Shown here: one piece after another, positions 30,386-32,000 of the stretch
How the letters are laid out: each line of letters begins with the position of its first letter
Numbering within the stretch: the stretch's first letter is position 1
NCBI GenBank assembly: GCA_026387835.1
Contig: JAPLKZ010000010.1
Location: forward strand, 296,379-328,378
Direction of reading: 5' to 3'
Origin: Candidatus Saganbacteria bacterium
GTDB lineage: Bacteria; Margulisbacteria; WOR-1; JAKLHX01
Length of the DNA stretch: 32,000 bases
Notes under the pieces: generated by a model
What the model saw: the letters and a program-made list of their open reading frames with translations, nothing else
Databases searched by the model: none
What the model was told of the DNA's origin: nothing
Program-made: the position numbers and the translations under genes

Positions 30386-32000
30386 ATGTCTGAAGCAAGT
30401 ATAGTTCTGCCGATTTTGAGGCCTCTTGAGATCCATCTGCTCTGGTTCGTTCTGGGTTCCGCGGTGATCGCTCTTTTGTACGGTATGTATATGGCGTGGA
30501 AAGTCCTCAGGGCCCCTCAGGGTTCTAAGGAAATGGTTGATGTGGCCAAAGCGATCCAGGAAGGATCCACGGCATATTTGGCCCGACAGTTCAAAGTAAT
30601 GGGCATATTTATCGCCCTCATAACTGTCGGCCTTTACTTTATGTACGTGCCTGTTTATCCGAACAACCCTTCGCTCCCGATCGGCATTGCGGTCGCATTT
30701 CTGCTGGGAGCCTGCGCTTCGGCAGGAGCGGGATTTGTGGGCATGAGCCTTGCCGTCCGCGCTAACGTGAGGGTGGCAAACGCCGCACTCACCAGTTTTA
30801 AAAAAGCCCTCGAAGTCGCTTTTCAGGCCGGCACTGTTTCAGGGATGTTCACGGTGGGTCTCGGTCTTTTGGGTGCGACAATAATATTCATGATATTCAA
30901 GCAGGACGCGATGAAAGTATTGGTCGGGTTCGGGTTCGGAGGATGCCTGGTCGCGCTTTTTATGAGGATAGGCGGCGGTATCTATACAAAAGCTGCTGAC
31001 GTCGGAGCTGACCTGGTCGGTAAAGTTGAAAAAAATATCCCCGAAGACGATCCCAGGAACGCAGCTGTCATCGCTGATAATGTAGGCGACAACGTCGGCG
31101 ACTGCGCCGGTATGGCCGCGGATGTTTTTGAAAGCTATGAAGTCACGTTGGTTGCCGCATTGATACTTGGTGCGGCGACTCTGGCTGACAAGGGCTTTCA
31201 GGCTCTCTTTGGCGGAATGGCCGCTCTTATGGCCCTTAAGCTTATAATGTATCCCCTGCTGGTCAGGGCCGTGGGCGTATTTGCATCGATCTTAGGGACC
31301 TGGTCAGTCAGAGGAAAAGATACTGAGGAGATCGGTGATCCGATGAAGCCCATCAATTTTGGTTTTTGGGTCGCTTCAATAACTTCTATCATCGGTTTTG
31401 TGGCTATCTGCTATCTATATCTGAATTATCCCGTCAAAGGCGCTGAATGGTGGAGGTTTGCACTGGCAACTTTTGTAGGTATAGTTCTGGCGGTCGTGAT
31501 AGAAAACCTGACCAATTACTTTACTCACACAGAAAATAATCCTATTAAGGAAACGGTTGAATCTGCCAAGACCGGCCCGGCAACACTGATACTGTCGGGT
31601 TTTGCGCTCGCTCAGGAATCTTCTGTTTGGTCCATTGTCGCTATCGCGGCAACGATCTTCGCATCAATGGCAATATTCGGCGGGAATTTGGCTCTATCCG
31701 CATACGGCGTTGCGCTGGCGGGCCTTGGGCTTTTGACAACGACGGGGTTCATTCTTGCTATGGACACCTACGGACCTATATCGGATAACGCTAACGGCAT
31801 ATTTGAAATGTCCGGAACTTACAGGGGCGAAGGCAGCAAAGCTGAAAAAATAGTCACCAAGCTGGATGCCGTAGGCAACACGACAAAAGCTCTTACAAAA
31901 GGTTTTGCTATCGCGACAGCGGTGATCGCTGCGATCGCACTGTTTCGGTCCTTTGTTGAAGAAGGAGGACTGCTTAAAACGGGTATCCAGCTGAATATGT
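30386..32000 (+). CDS. hppA: membrane-bound H+-translocating pyrophosphatase, K+-independent type (3' end beyond window)
   Basis: Absent from the ORF track because it is open-ended. GAAGGAGG SD, then MSEASIVLPILRPLEIHLLWFVLGSAVIALLYGMYMAWKV...IQEGSTAYLARQF. In frame: GGGIYTKAADVGADLVGKVEKNIPEDDPRNAAVIADNVGDNVGDCAGMAADVFESYE (30971 onward) and DAVGNTTKALTKGFAI (31865 onward). Confidence 0.9.
   Translation, partial: MSEASIVLPILRPLEIHLLWFVLGSAVIALLYGMYMAWKVLRAPQGSKEMVDVAKAIQEGSTAYLARQFKVMGIFIALITVGLYFMYVPVYPNNPSLPIGIAVAFLLGACASAGAGFVGMSLAVRANVRVANAALTSFKKALEVAFQAGTVSGMFTVGLGLLGATIIFMIFKQDAMKVLVGFGFGGCLVALFMRIGGGIYTKAADVGADLVGKVEKNIPEDDPRNAAVIADNVGDNVGDCAGMAADVFESYEVTLVAALILGAATLADKGFQALFGGMAALMALKLIMYPLLVRAVGVFASILGTWSVRGKDTEEIGDPMKPINFGFWVASITSIIGFVAICYLYLNYPVKGAEWWRFALATFVGIVLAVVIENLTNYFTHTENNPIKETVESAKTGPATLILSGFALAQESSVWSIVAIAATIFASMAIFGGNLALSAYGVALAGLGLLTTTGFILAMDTYGPISDNANGIFEMSGTYRGEGSKAEKIVTKLDAVGNTTKALTKGFAIATAVIAAIALFRSFVEEGGLLKTGIQLNM

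Overview
Gene-dense 32-kb chromosomal segment. It reads like an uncultivated, strictly anaerobic, diderm bacterium, judging from rubrerythrin, desulfoferrodoxin and flavodiiron O2-defence genes, a PflX-type radical-SAM gene, a membrane H+-PPase and beta-barrel OMPs ending in Phe. The taxon cannot be assigned from sequence alone.

Layout, left to right:
- pyrB (partial, minus strand).
- An ackA / nagB / GlmU-like beta-helix operon with overlapping stop and start codons (plus strand).
- A tRNA-Gln(UUG) gene whose first ~20 nt are duplicated upstream of an inserted 80-aa GIY-YIG ORF.
- A ~6-kb minus-strand oxidative-stress array: flavin reductase, AEC permease, flavodiiron protein, GT-like unknown, rubredoxin, ferritin, desulfoferrodoxin, rubrerythrin, then Ogg2 and DUF167.
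- A ~7-kb minus-strand five-gene carbohydrate module: DHDPS-family aldolase, GalK-like GHMP kinase, FGGY kinase, mutarotase-like protein, xylose-isomerase-like isomerase. Every transcription unit is preceded by the same TGAAAT-N16-CGATA(G/A) motif.
- EamA, DUF1805, pfkA and a PflX-like gene (minus strand).
- nadE, an acyl-AMP ligase / ACP / acyltransferase trio, two tandem OMP paralogues and a tiny 2-TM protein (plus strand).
- An MFS permease and a frameshifted EF-Tu-domain-2-like gene (minus strand).
- A histidine phosphatase, eno and hppA (partial, plus strand).

Four apparently real genes are absent from the supplied ORF track and were found by hand translation: pyrB, rubredoxin, the 51-aa membrane protein and hppA.

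The best candidate for an undescribed system is the sugar module together with its private, ECF-sigma-like promoter family. The tRNA-hijacking GIY-YIG cassette is second.

All functional calls rest on motif recognition by eye. No database search or computation was possible.
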